Position numbers and translations under genes: made by a program. The notes beneath the pieces are model-generated. The model was given only the letters and a program-made list of their open reading frames with translations, ran no database searches and was not told the DNA's origin. DNA of 35,795 nucleotides from Christensenella sp. UBA767 (GTDB taxonomy: Bacteria > Bacillota > Clostridia > Christensenellales > CAG-917): contig DBJV01000071.1 of assembly GCA_002297185.1 (NCBI GenBank), positions 1 through 35,795 of the forward strand. Direction: 5' to 3'. Positions 1-8,255 of this stretch are shown here, one piece after another. How positions within the stretch are numbered: position 1 is the first letter of the stretch; each line of letters opens with the position of its first letter.

Positions 1-58
1 TAGGCTGTCCGTTCAAGTGGCGCTTCCTTGTTCTTCATCTAAATACTGGCTTATTTCT
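1..58 (+). repeat. Right half of a ~130-bp rod-like inverted-repeat element (copy C), truncated by the window edge
   Basis: cgttcaagtggcgcttccttgttcttcatctaaatac closely matches the right half of the copy at 21005-21052 (cgttcaagtggtgctttcttgttcttcatctaaatat). Confidence 0.5.
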
Positions 59-189
59 ATCGTAAAACTGAACGCTATTGAGCAAATAAATTAATTATTA
101 ACGTCCACTATTCCAAATATTAATTCTAAATAAATTAGTCTATTAAATCTCTTTTGCGGATTTTTTCGGTTTATACTTTATAATTTAAC

Positions 190-218
190 TTGCAAAAATC
201 GGGGGTAGATGATATAAT
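190..218 (+). promoter_or_regulatory. Sigma-70-type promoter of the SRP RNA gene
   Basis: TTGCAA (190-195), 17-nt spacer, TATAAT (213-218). The RNA homology begins about 7 nt downstream. Confidence 0.55.
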
Positions 219-224
219 CATATC

Positions 225-490
225 ACTGTGCTAGACGGGGAGCCAGCGGTGCCCTGTGAACTGCAATCCGCTATAGCAGTGTCGAACACCATCCGAGGTC
301 TTGTTTATGGTTGGCTGCGCAGTGCAAGGAGTGTCGATATCAAGGTCCCGTGCAATGTCATACTGTGAACCGTGTCAGAGCTTGACCGCAGCAGCACTAA
401 GCAGGCGTTGGCGTGTGCCACGGGGAAACTTTGAAGGAGCCACCTACATTGTTTCCGTTTCGGTATTCATTATCGAAGATGGTGCACAGT
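225..490 (+). ncRNA. ffs: Signal recognition particle RNA, large (Bacillus/Clostridia) type with Alu domain
   Basis: Recalled similarity to B. subtilis scRNA over the whole length. 5' GTGCTAGACGGGGAGCCAGCGGTGCCCTGTGAACTGCAATCCGCTATAGCAG; domain IV GAACCGTGTCAG...GCAGCAGCACTAAG; 3' GAAGATGGTGCACAGT. Own promoter and terminator. Ends are approximate (+/-5 nt). Confidence 0.85.
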
Positions 491-502
491 TTTTTGAAAG
501 TG

Positions 503-532
503 AAAGCGCAACTCAACGAGTTGCGCTTTTTC
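503..532 (+). terminator. Rho-independent terminator of the SRP RNA
   Basis: gcgcaac (506-512) / gttgcgc (520-526) stem followed by TTTTT (527-531). Confidence 0.6.
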
Positions 533-615
533 ATATGATTTTAATTGAATTTTATTCAATAATACTGCGTTTTTTTGATTTGCTTACCGAATATAACGGC
601 TATATCGACGTTTGC

Positions 616-708
616 GTTTGAACACGATATCGTTTATCGTTCGCAAATCGATGTTTATGTTTGAACACGATATCGTTTATCGTTCGCAAATCGATGTTTA
701 TGTTTGAA
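616..708. repeat. Tandem direct repeat, 43-bp unit x about 2.2
   Basis: gtttgaacacgatatcgtttatcgttcgcaaatcgatgtttat occurs at 616-658 and is identical at 659-701, with a third partial start at 702-708. Each unit carries the perfect 10-bp palindrome ACGATATCGT (624-633, 667-676). Confidence 0.9.
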
Positions 709-727
709 ACACACAAAAGTGCTTACA

Positions 728-1561
728 TCATTTTATATCGCGAGCGTCAAATGTGAAGTAGCCGACGAGCGTGGATATTGCGGTATATACGACGGGCATA
801 ACGGTTGCGGCGACGATTTGAGTTGACGTAAGTTTGCCGTATGCTCCGGCGATTGCGGATTGTTGCAAGGGCATAAAATACGTCCAAACGTTGCTGTTTT
901 CTTTGCCGTTCATACCGACGATTGAGGTTATCAGGCTTATGACGATATTGAGCAAGATGTAGGAGCAGAGGCTGATTGCAATTGACGAGCCTGTGCTGCG
1001 TGCAAGGTAGGCAATCATAACGAATATGGACACGGTTGCCATGCCGCTAAGGAGTTGCAAACCGAAGTTGCGCATGAGCATGCCGAAGTCTGCGCCAGAA
1101 AAATCGCCGCTTTTGCCGTCAAACGCATAGAATATTCCGCAAAGTAAAAGTGCAAAGCAGGTGTATGCGACGAACAATGTGTAAAGCGTAATCCATTTTG
1201 AGAAATAGTTGTCAATACGCTTTTCGCCGCGAGCGGTCAAAACCGCAACCGAGCCGCAAGAGAAGTCCTTGCCGATAAATATGCAGGCGATTATTGCTAT
1301 AAATAATTCAACTTGAACGGTTGATGCAGAACCGAAGAGGAGCGCCTTGCGCATTTGCGCAATGAGCGCAATTGCCTCTTGTTTGGCGTATTCTTCGCCG
1401 CCGAAGTCGGAATTTGCCACAACGTTTGCGCCAATCCAGTATGCAGCGTAGGAAATGAGTGCAAGTGTAAACATTATAATAAGCACAATCCAGACGCTTT
1501 TGAGTTTTTTGAGTTTGAAGAAATCGCTTGATAGGGTGCATGCAAAACTATTTCTGTTCAT
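728..1561 (-). CDS. ABC-2 family transporter permease
   Basis: Multi-TM hydrophobic protein. Start chosen at MNRNSF, preceded by GGGAGG, which overlaps the upstream ATPase stop by 14 nt (translational coupling). The longer ORF start at 1651 lies inside the ATPase gene. Confidence 0.75.
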   Translation of the reverse strand: MNRNSFACTLSSDFFKLKKLKSVWIVLIIMFTLALISYAAYWIGANVVANSDFGGEEYAKQEAIALIAQMRKALLFGSASTVQVELFIAIIACIFIGKDFSCGSVAVLTARGEKRIDNYFSKWITLYTLFVAYTCFALLLCGIFYAFDGKSGDFSGADFGMLMRNFGLQLLSGMATVSIFVMIAYLARSTGSSIAISLCSYILLNIVISLITSIVGMNGKENSNVWTYFMPLQQSAIAGAYGKLTSTQIVAATVMPVVYTAISTLVGYFTFDARDIK

Positions 1562-2471
1562 TTGAAAGACCTCCCATAAGCGAAATAAACGTTGATTCCA
1601 AATCACCTTGGCATTGCATGATGTTGAGAACGGGTACGTTGGCGTCTGCAAACATCTTGGCGACTTCGGGAATGCCTTTTGACAAGTCGTAAAGCGCGAG
1701 AGTGTTGTAGGGGAGTATCTCGAAATCGTGCGCGTGGTAATTTTCTACCACGACGTTGAGTGCGACTTTCAAATCTCCCACGACGACTTTGATATAAGGG
1801 CGGCAAAGTTCTTCGAGGTCGCTACCACGCATTTCTTTGACGAGTTTTCCGCCTTCGATGACGCCGTAACTGTTGGCAAGCTTTGCAAGTTCGCTCAAAA
1901 TGTGCGAGGAAATGAGGATTGTGACCTTATCTTCACGGTTTAGCCTGCTTAAAAGTTCTCTCACTTCAAAAATGCCCGTGGGATCGAGTCCGTTGACAGG
2001 CTCGTCGAGAATAAGTATTGACGGATTGCCTATGAGCGCAACTGCGATTGCAAGGCGTTGTTTCATGCCAAGCGAATAATTCTTGACTTTGGTCGGGCTG
2101 TCGGGATCGAGTCCGACTTTGTGAAGAAGTTCCTTCAATGCGTTTTCGTCATAAATTCCCAATGCGAAAGCGACCGCTTTCATATTGTCAAGAGCATTCA
2201 TATGCAAGAGCAGGGAAGGGTTGTCGACGATAGAGCCGATTTTCTTGCGTTCGTATGCCAAAGCGTCGGCGGACTGCGAGCCGTTGATTTTCACTTCGCC
2301 TCTGTCTTGTTTTGCAAGACCGAGAAAAATTCTGATAAGTGTGGTTTTGCCTGCGCCGTTTCTGCCGACAAGACCGTATATTTCGCCTTCGCGTACCGTA
2401 AGGTTTACGTCGTCGAGTATGACTTTTTTGCCGTACGATTTGCAAAGATGCGAGGTTTCAAATACGTTCAT
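1548..2471 (-). CDS. ABC transporter ATP-binding protein
   Basis: Walker A GRNGAGKTT, signature YSLGMKQR, Walker B ILILDEP. ATG at 2471 is preceded by GAGGT. Confidence 0.9.
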   Translation of the reverse strand: MNVFETSHLCKSYGKKVILDDVNLTVREGEIYGLVGRNGAGKTTLIRIFLGLAKQDRGEVKINGSQSADALAYERKKIGSIVDNPSLLLHMNALDNMKAVAFALGIYDENALKELLHKVGLDPDSPTKVKNYSLGMKQRLAIAVALIGNPSILILDEPVNGLDPTGIFEVRELLSRLNREDKVTILISSHILSELAKLANSYGVIEGGKLVKEMRGSDLEELCRPYIKVVVGDLKVALNVVVENYHAHDFEILPYNTLALYDLSKGIPEVAKMFADANVPVLNIMQCQGDLESTFISLMGGLSNEQK

Positions 2472-2498
2472 TTTGTACCTCAATGTATTGATATAGAT

Positions 2499-2527
2499 AT
2501 TGTATCACATAAAGAGAAAGAATACAA
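2499..2527 (-). promoter_or_regulatory. Candidate promoter of the ABC operon
   Basis: On the minus strand: TTGTAT, 17 nt, TACAAT with an upstream TG (extended -10). Confidence 0.4.
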
Positions 2528-2587
2528 CTTTCCGTAAAAATCACGCAAAAATATTAAATAATACAAATCGTGTATCGATATTCTACA

Positions 2588-2683
2588 ACACATATCGTGT
2601 TATTTGTCGTTATAAAATACACGAAAAGTGTGCGCAAATGCTAAAACATGTGAAATTTTTGCCGAATAACACACGATAAGTGT
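2588..2683. promoter_or_regulatory. Three ACAC-N5-GTGT inverted-repeat motifs (candidate operator/activator sites)
   Basis: acacatatcgtgt 2588-2600, acacgaaaagtgt 2619-2631, acacgataagtgt 2671-2683. Start-to-start spacing is 31 and 52 bp. Confidence 0.3.
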
Positions 2684-2798
2684 ATTTTTTGCTATAAATA
2701 ATGACGAATGCCTTTTAATAACAGAGTGGCGCAATTTTTAATTATTCAAGCGAAAAAGAAAGAATAAATTTTTGACAGATACGGCTAAATTTGACAAC

Positions 2799-2823
2799 GA
2801 AAAAAGCGACCGTGAATGGTCGT
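2799..2823 (-). terminator. Rho-independent terminator downstream of tRNA-Gly
   Basis: Minus strand reads cgacc-attcac-ggtcg followed by CTTTTTT. Confidence 0.5.
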
Positions 2824-2826
2824 TTG

Positions 2827-2900
2827 TGGAGCGGGCGATGAGAATCGAACTCACGACTAAAGCTTGGGAAGCTTTCGTTTTACCATTAAACTACGCCCGC
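2827..2900 (-). tRNA. tRNA-Gly (anticodon CCC)
   Basis: Reverse complement gcgggcgtagtttaatggtaaaacgaaagcttcccaagctttagtcgtgagttcgattctcatcgcccgctcca. Cloverleaf folds by eye: 7-nt anticodon loop ttCCCaa, GTTCGATTC T-loop, encoded CCA. Confidence 0.9.
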
Positions 2901-2913
2901 AGGTTACGCTATG

Positions 2914-2941
2914 ATTTTAGCACAAGGGCAAAATTTGTCAA
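2914..2941 (-). promoter_or_regulatory. Candidate promoter of tRNA-Gly
   Basis: Minus strand has TTGACA, 16 nt, TAAAAT, ending about 13 nt before the tRNA 5' end. Confidence 0.45.
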
Positions 2942-3036
2942 ACGAATTGAGTAATTTGCCTTTTGGCGTTTTTATCGTTTGGTGCTTGTAACGCATACGG
3001 TTTTTGACGATTGTTTAACAATTGCTCCGTTATCGG

Positions 3037-3065
3037 TTGATTTTTTGTTATTTTGAGTTTATACT
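3037..3065 (+). promoter_or_regulatory. Candidate ileS promoter
   Basis: TTGATT (3037-3042), 17 nt, TATACT (3060-3065). This implies only a ~25-nt leader. Confidence 0.4.
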
Positions 3066-3097
3066 TATTTTATCTTAAGATGATTTTGAGGAATTAT

Positions 3098-6000
3098 ATG
3101 TACAAACCTGTAGAAACAAATCTTAATTTCGTTGACAGAGAAAAAGAAGTTCTCGAATTTTGGAAACAAGAGGACATTTTCAAAAAGAGCGTTGAAAAGA
3201 ATGAGGGCAATCCCGAATTCAGTTTTTACGACGGACCGCCGACGGCAAACGGCAAGCCGCACATCGGGCATATTCTTACCCGTGTTATGAAAGACATTAT
3301 CCCTCGTTACAAGACGATGAAGGGATATCACGTTTTGCGTAAGGCAGGCTGGGACACTCACGGACTTCCCGTAGAACTCGAAGTCGAAAAAATGCTCGGC
3401 ATAGACGGAAAACAAGAGATTGAAAAGTATGGCATCGAGCCTTTTATCAAAAAGTGCAAAGAATCCGTATGGAAATACAGCAACGAATGGCGCAAAATGT
3501 CCGACCGTATAGGTTATTGGGCGGATATGGACAATCCCTACGTCACGTACGATAACAACTACATCGAATCGGTGTGGTGGGCTATCAAGCAAATGGCGGA
3601 CAAGGGACTTATCTACAAAGGCTACAAAATCGTGCCTTATTGTCCTCGTTGCGGAACGGCTCTTTCTTCTCACGAAGTGGCGCAAGGCTACAAGGACGTG
3701 GAAGAGACTTCCGTATTCGTCAAATTTGCGCTCAAAGACGTGGAAAACACTTATTTCCTCGCTTGGACAACGACGCCTTGGACGCTTCCGTCCAACGTTG
3801 CGCTTTGTATGAACGGAAAAGAGGATTATACCAAGATTAAAGTTGGTGACGAGTATTATATACTCGCCGATGCGCTTATTCCGACGTTGTTTGAAGAAGG
3901 CAACTTTGAAAAAGTGGATACCAAGAAGGGCAGCGAGTACGAATACACCGAGTATATTCCGCTTTTCGATTACGAGACGGGCGCAAAGGAAAAGGCGTAC
4001 TATATCGTCAACGATTCTTACGTAACTCTTACCGACGGTACGGGTATCGTTCATATTGCTCCTGCATTCGGCGAGGACGACAGCAAGGTCGGCAAAAAAT
4101 ACAATCTCCCGTTCGTTCAAATGGTTGACGACAGAGGCAGATTCAAAGACGCAGTATATGATTTCAAGGGACTTTTCTGCAAGGACGCGGACAAGTACAT
4201 CATCGAGAAATTGAAGGGTGAAAACAAACTTTTCAAGACGCTCAGATTTACCCACAGTTATCCGTTCTGCTGGCGTTGCGATACTCCGTTGCTTTACTAT
4301 GCACGTTCAAGCTGGTTTGTGAAGATGACGGCGGTCAAAGAACAACTTCTCGTCGCAAACGATTCCGTAAACTGGATGCCCGATACCATCAAAAACGGTC
4401 GTATGGGCAACTTCCTCGAAAACGTCATTGACTGGGGCATTTCCCGTGAAAGATATTGGGGTACTCCGCTCCCGATTTGGGTGTGCAACAAGTGCGGAAA
4501 GATTCACGTTATCGGCTCGAGAGAGGAATTGCGTGAAAAAGCGCATCTCGACCACGACGTTGAATTGCATCGTCCGTATATCGATGAAGTTAAGTGGGAA
4601 TGCGAGTGCGGCGGAGAGATGGTTCGTACTCCCGAAGTGCTTGACTGCTGGTTCGATTCCGGTTCAATGCCGTTTGCACAATGGCATTATCCGTTTGAAA
4701 ATAAGGAAACGTTTGAAAAAGTGTTCCCTGCGGACTTCATTTCCGAGGCTATCGACCAAACGAGAGGCTGGTTCTATACCTTGCTTGCGGTCAATACGGT
4801 GCTTTTCGGACGCGCGCCTTTCAAAAACTGCATAGTTTTGGGACACGTCAACGACAAAGACGGCATCAAAATGTCCAAACATAAGGGCAACGTCGTAGAT
4901 CCGTGGACTGTTCTCGACAAGCAGGGCGCTGACGCTACGAGATGGTATTTCTATACCACCAGCGCGCCGTGGCTCCCGTCACGTTTCCATGCAGACACCG
5001 TAAGCGAGTCTCAACGCAAGTTTATGGGTACGCTTTGGAATACCTATGCGTTCTTCGTTCTCTATGCGGAAATCGATAAATTCAATCCCATGGAGCATAA
5101 ACTCGAAGATCAGCAATTGACGACTATGGACAAGTGGATTTTGTCAGGTCTCAATTCGCTCATCAAGTTCGTTGACGAAGGACTTAACGAATACAAGATC
5201 ACGGAGACTTCTCGTGCAATCGGCGACTTTGTGGATATCCTTTCCAACTGGTATGTACGCCGTTCGCGCGACCGTTTCTGGGGCAGCGATATGTCAAAGA
5301 ACAAAGAGGCGGCTTATACAACGCTTTATACCGTCCTTTCCACGTTGAGCAAGATTATTGCGCCGTACGTTCCGTTTATGGCGGAAGAGATTTATCAAAA
5401 TCTCGTGCGCAACTTCGATAAAGACGCACCCGAAAGCGTGCATCTTTGCTCTTTCCCCGTGGCAGACGAGAAGATGATCGATAAGAAACTCGAGACAGGC
5501 ATGGGCGACGTGCTTAAACTCGTCGTACTCGGCAGAGCCGCAAGGAACAAGTCCAACCTCAAGAACAGACAACCGCTTGCAAAACTCTTCTATAACGGCA
5601 GATACGAACTCCCGCAAAGCCTCAAAGAACTCGTCGAGGACGAACTCAACGTCAAGTCGGTCGAAGTTTCGGATACCAGCGACGGATTTATCAATTACGA
5701 ACTCAAGCCGCAACTTAAGACGCTCGGCCCCAAATACGGCAGTTTGCTCGGCGCAATCAGAAACGTATTGCAAGAGCGTGCTAGCGAAATCGTAGCAGCG
5801 GTCAAGAGAGGCGATTTGTTCAAATTCAACGCAAACGGCAGAGACGTCGAACTTTCGCAAGACGACTTGCTTATCAGCATGAAGAATAAAGAAGGATATT
5901 CCAGCGAAAGTGACGGAGAAACCACCGTTGTTCTCGATACCGCACTCAACGAAGAGCTTATTCTCGAGGGTGTGGAAAGAGAAATTGTATCAAAGATACA

Positions 6001-6205
6001 AAACATGAGAAAAGAGGCTGGTTTCGAGGTCACCGATCATATCGTAATCGGCTACCACGCCGAAGGCATTGCAAAGCAAGTTTTGCAAAAAGCCGACTTC
6101 CTCAAAGACGTCCTTGCAGACGGCATATCCGAGCATTTGGACGGATTTACAAAAGAGTGCGATATCAACGGCGATAACGTCATGATATCCGTTAAGAAAG
6201 CGTAA
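3098..6205 (+). CDS. ileS: Isoleucine--tRNA ligase, long (type 2-like) form
   Basis: HIGH motif PHIGH and KMSKS motif KMSKHKG. About 1035 aa. Start moved to MYKPVE (ATG 3098), which follows GAGGAA. Confidence 0.95.
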   Translation: MYKPVETNLNFVDREKEVLEFWKQEDIFKKSVEKNEGNPEFSFYDGPPTANGKPHIGHILTRVMKDIIPRYKTMKGYHVLRKAGWDTHGLPVELEVEKMLGIDGKQEIEKYGIEPFIKKCKESVWKYSNEWRKMSDRIGYWADMDNPYVTYDNNYIESVWWAIKQMADKGLIYKGYKIVPYCPRCGTALSSHEVAQGYKDVEETSVFVKFALKDVENTYFLAWTTTPWTLPSNVALCMNGKEDYTKIKVGDEYYILADALIPTLFEEGNFEKVDTKKGSEYEYTEYIPLFDYETGAKEKAYYIVNDSYVTLTDGTGIVHIAPAFGEDDSKVGKKYNLPFVQMVDDRGRFKDAVYDFKGLFCKDADKYIIEKLKGENKLFKTLRFTHSYPFCWRCDTPLLYYARSSWFVKMTAVKEQLLVANDSVNWMPDTIKNGRMGNFLENVIDWGISRERYWGTPLPIWVCNKCGKIHVIGSREELREKAHLDHDVELHRPYIDEVKWECECGGEMVRTPEVLDCWFDSGSMPFAQWHYPFENKETFEKVFPADFISEAIDQTRGWFYTLLAVNTVLFGRAPFKNCIVLGHVNDKDGIKMSKHKGNVVDPWTVLDKQGADATRWYFYTTSAPWLPSRFHADTVSESQRKFMGTLWNTYAFFVLYAEIDKFNPMEHKLEDQQLTTMDKWILSGLNSLIKFVDEGLNEYKITETSRAIGDFVDILSNWYVRRSRDRFWGSDMSKNKEAAYTTLYTVLSTLSKIIAPYVPFMAEEIYQNLVRNFDKDAPESVHLCSFPVADEKMIDKKLETGMGDVLKLVVLGRAARNKSNLKNRQPLAKLFYNGRYELPQSLKELVEDELNVKSVEVSDTSDGFINYELKPQLKTLGPKYGSLLGAIRNVLQERASEIVAAVKRGDLFKFNANGRDVELSQDDLLISMKNKEGYSSESDGETTVVLDTALNEELILEGVEREIVSKIQNMRKEAGFEVTDHIVIGYHAEGIAKQVLQKADFLKDVLADGISEHLDGFTKECDINGDNVMISVKKA

Positions 6206-7065
6206 TGAGAGTTGCACCCGATTGGAAAGATTATACCGTCATCGCAACCGGCGACGGCGAAAAACTCGAAAAGTGGGGGGATTATACGCTTTTGCGCCCC
6301 GATCCGCAAGTCATTTGGCACGCAAAGAAACCGCTGCGCTCATACGAGGGCATCGACGCGGTTTACGAGCGTAGCCAGACGGGTGGCGGTATGTGGAAGT
6401 ACAAGAGGAATATTCCGTCCGAATTCGTCATTTCGTGGCGCGATTTGAAGTTCTCGCTCAAATTGATGGGCTTCAAGCATACGGGACTTTTCCCCGAGCA
6501 AGCCGTCAATTGGGACAGAATGATGAATCTCATCTCAAACGCAGGCAGACCTATAAGCGTGCTTAACCTTTTCGGTTACACGGGTGCGGCGTCCGTTGCG
6601 TGCCTCAAAGCAGGTGCGAGCGTGTGCCACGTGGATAGCGCAAAGGCTATGGTGGAGCGTGCAGGCGATAACGTGCGCCTCAGCGGTCTTGATAACAGCG
6701 GAATGCGCTATATAATCGACGATTGCTTTAAGTTCTGCCAAAGGGAAATCAGGCGCGGCAGAAAATACGACGCAATTATCCTCGATCCGCCGAGTTTCGG
6801 AAGAGGTCCAAACGGCGAGAAATGGAAGATCGAAGAGGGAATATCCGAACTTGTGGAACTCGTGGCGAACCTTTTGAGCGATGAACCGTTGTTTGTGTGC
6901 CTCAATAGTTACACGACGGGATTGCAACCCACGGTTATGGCAAATATCCTCAAACTCGCACTCGGAAAAAACGCGATTATCGATGCCGACGAGATTGGTC
7001 TTGCTACGCAAGAAGGGCTTATTCTTCCGCAAGGTTGCACGGCTTTTGCAACTTTCAAAAACTGA
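6205..7065 (+). CDS. Class I SAM-dependent (rRNA-type, RlmI/RlmK-like) methyltransferase
   Basis: Motif I LNLFGYTGAAS and motif IV ILDPPSFG. The ATG overlaps the ileS TAA (TAATG). Confidence 0.75.
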   Translation: MRVAPDWKDYTVIATGDGEKLEKWGDYTLLRPDPQVIWHAKKPLRSYEGIDAVYERSQTGGGMWKYKRNIPSEFVISWRDLKFSLKLMGFKHTGLFPEQAVNWDRMMNLISNAGRPISVLNLFGYTGAASVACLKAGASVCHVDSAKAMVERAGDNVRLSGLDNSGMRYIIDDCFKFCQREIRRGRKYDAIILDPPSFGRGPNGEKWKIEEGISELVELVANLLSDEPLFVCLNSYTTGLQPTVMANILKLALGKNAIIDADEIGLATQEGLILPQGCTAFATFKN

Positions 7066-7120
7066 CGAAAAACCGACGAACAGACGAATAACATCAAAAA
7101 TACACTACGGAAATACAATT

Positions 7121-7837
7121 ATGACTTATAAAGATTTGAAAATCGTATATGAAGACAATCACGTGCTTGTCGTTGTAAAACCCTACGACGTACCTGTGCA
7201 AGCCGACGAAAGCGGCGATCCCGATATGGTCAATATGCTCAAACAATACCTTGTCGAGACTTACAACAAGCCGGGCGAGGCATATCTCGGGCTTGTGCAT
7301 AGACTTGACAGACCTACGGGCGGAGTTATGGTGTTTGCAAAAACGTCCAAAGCGGCGGCTCGCCTTTGCCAAGCCATAAGAGACGGTGAAGTGGAGAAGA
7401 GATACCTTGCAATAGTTGACGGCGCGCCGAGATATAAGGCGGACAAACTCACTTGCTATCTCAAGAAATTTGCAGATACAAACACGGTTAAGGTTGTTCC
7501 TGCACTTTCCGAAGGTGCAAAATATGCCGAACTCGATTACAAAGTGCTTTGCTCCAAGCAAGACGTGAGCCTTTTGCTCGTCAATCTCGTGACGGGACGC
7601 GGACATCAAATCAGAGTGCAACTGTCCAATATGGGCAATCCCATCGTCGGCGACAAGAAGTACGGAAAGAGCGAAAAGAGCAAATATCCGCTTTGTCTGT
7701 GGGCGTGCGAACTCAAATTCAAACACCCTGTATCGGGCAAAGAAATGACTTTCAGAGTGTATCCGCCCGAAGTCGCTCCGTGGACGATTTTCGATATGGA
7801 CGCATACCTCAATATCAGCATCAAAAACTGCTATTGA
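7121..7837 (+). CDS. RluA-family pseudouridine synthase
   Basis: Catalytic motif HRLDRPTGG, also KPYDVPVQ and GRGHQIRVQL. Start trimmed to MTYKDLKIVYED (ATG 7121); the upstream part of the ORF overlaps the previous gene. Confidence 0.85.
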   Translation: MTYKDLKIVYEDNHVLVVVKPYDVPVQADESGDPDMVNMLKQYLVETYNKPGEAYLGLVHRLDRPTGGVMVFAKTSKAAARLCQAIRDGEVEKRYLAIVDGAPRYKADKLTCYLKKFADTNTVKVVPALSEGAKYAELDYKVLCSKQDVSLLLVNLVTGRGHQIRVQLSNMGNPIVGDKKYGKSEKSKYPLCLWACELKFKHPVSGKEMTFRVYPPEVAPWTIFDMDAYLNISIKNCY

Positions 7838-8001
7838 GCCGTTTAGATACTCGATTTACTATTAAAGCCATTGATAAATCGAATATTGAAAACAAACGAA
7901 TAATCGCAAAATTTATATACTAAATTTAAGTGCAAATTTGCATATGAAACGGGTTGAAATTTCGTAAAGATTTGCATAAACTTTTTTAACAATATCAACA
8001 C

Positions 8002-8036
8002 AAAAAAGCGCCTCGAATTTCGAGGCGTTTTTTTGT
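8002..8036. terminator. Bidirectional rho-independent terminator
   Basis: aaaaaagcgcctcgaa/ttcgaggcgttttttt is a GC-rich stem flanked by an A-run and a T-run. It lies between convergent genes. Confidence 0.7.
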
Positions 8037-8144
8037 GTAAAATTATGAAATAAGGGATGAATGTTTGTCATAAACCAACCACAAAAAACCGTGAAAAGGG
8101 TTGGCATTTAATGGTGAAAACAAACAGGATAAGCGCTCGTTTTT

Positions 8145-8179
8145 GAGAAAATGCAAAATTTTCATATTCGATTTTGCAA
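8145..8179 (-). terminator. Possible terminator of the sigma-r4-like gene
   Basis: Minus strand has tgcaaaat...attttgca (8-bp AT-rich stem) followed by TTTTCTC. Confidence 0.3.
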
Positions 8180-8255
8180 AAACGGCAATAGGAAAACACA
8201 CCATGCGCCGTTATGAGTCATAGCTTTCAACAATTTTTACTTTTGTGCGTTGAGA

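Noticed and set aside
221-228. Isolated ATATCACT 8-mer at the SRP RNA 5' end
   Set aside because: It is a single copy preceded by C rather than A, with no adjacent hairpin or phasing. It probably matches the array constant by chance.
301-621. 106-aa ORF on the + strand
   Set aside because: It lies entirely over the SRP RNA gene and its terminator, and has no RBS.
2772-2954. 60-aa ORF on the + strand
   Set aside because: It is antisense to tRNA-Gly and covers its terminator and promoter. It is an artefact.
2955-3097. T-box riboswitch upstream of ileS
   Set aside because: I looked for the T-box consensus and a specifier/antiterminator architecture. The leader is too short and no such sequence is present. 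This is reported as an absence only.
3053-3097. N-terminal extensions given by the ORF track (also 6881-7120, 13533-13619, 23354-23434, 30107-30172, 31421-31522, 34567-34617, 1562-1651, 2472-2483)
   Set aside because: Downstream starts have proper Shine-Dalgarno sequences and match conserved protein N-termini. The extensions overlap upstream genes or promoters.
3065-4255. Long antisense ORFs inside ileS (also 11199-12212 in pta, 12273-13415 in ackA, 14109-15287 in plsX, 16385-17206, 17621-18454, 18223-19020 and 19061-19771 in smc, 20091-21011 in ftsY, 23420-24214 in rimM/trmD)
   Set aside because: These are mirror-frame ORFs opposite strongly supported genes. They have skewed, low-complexity composition (rich in R, F, V, C, H), no RBS and no recognisable motifs.
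7838-8255. Possible small gene or ncRNA in the 420-bp AT-rich gap, including the 64-aa ORF 7913-8107 and the TGCAAATTTGCA palindrome at 7932-7943
   Set aside because: The ORF spans a strong bidirectional terminator and lacks an RBS. I found no convincing conserved-structure signal by eye.
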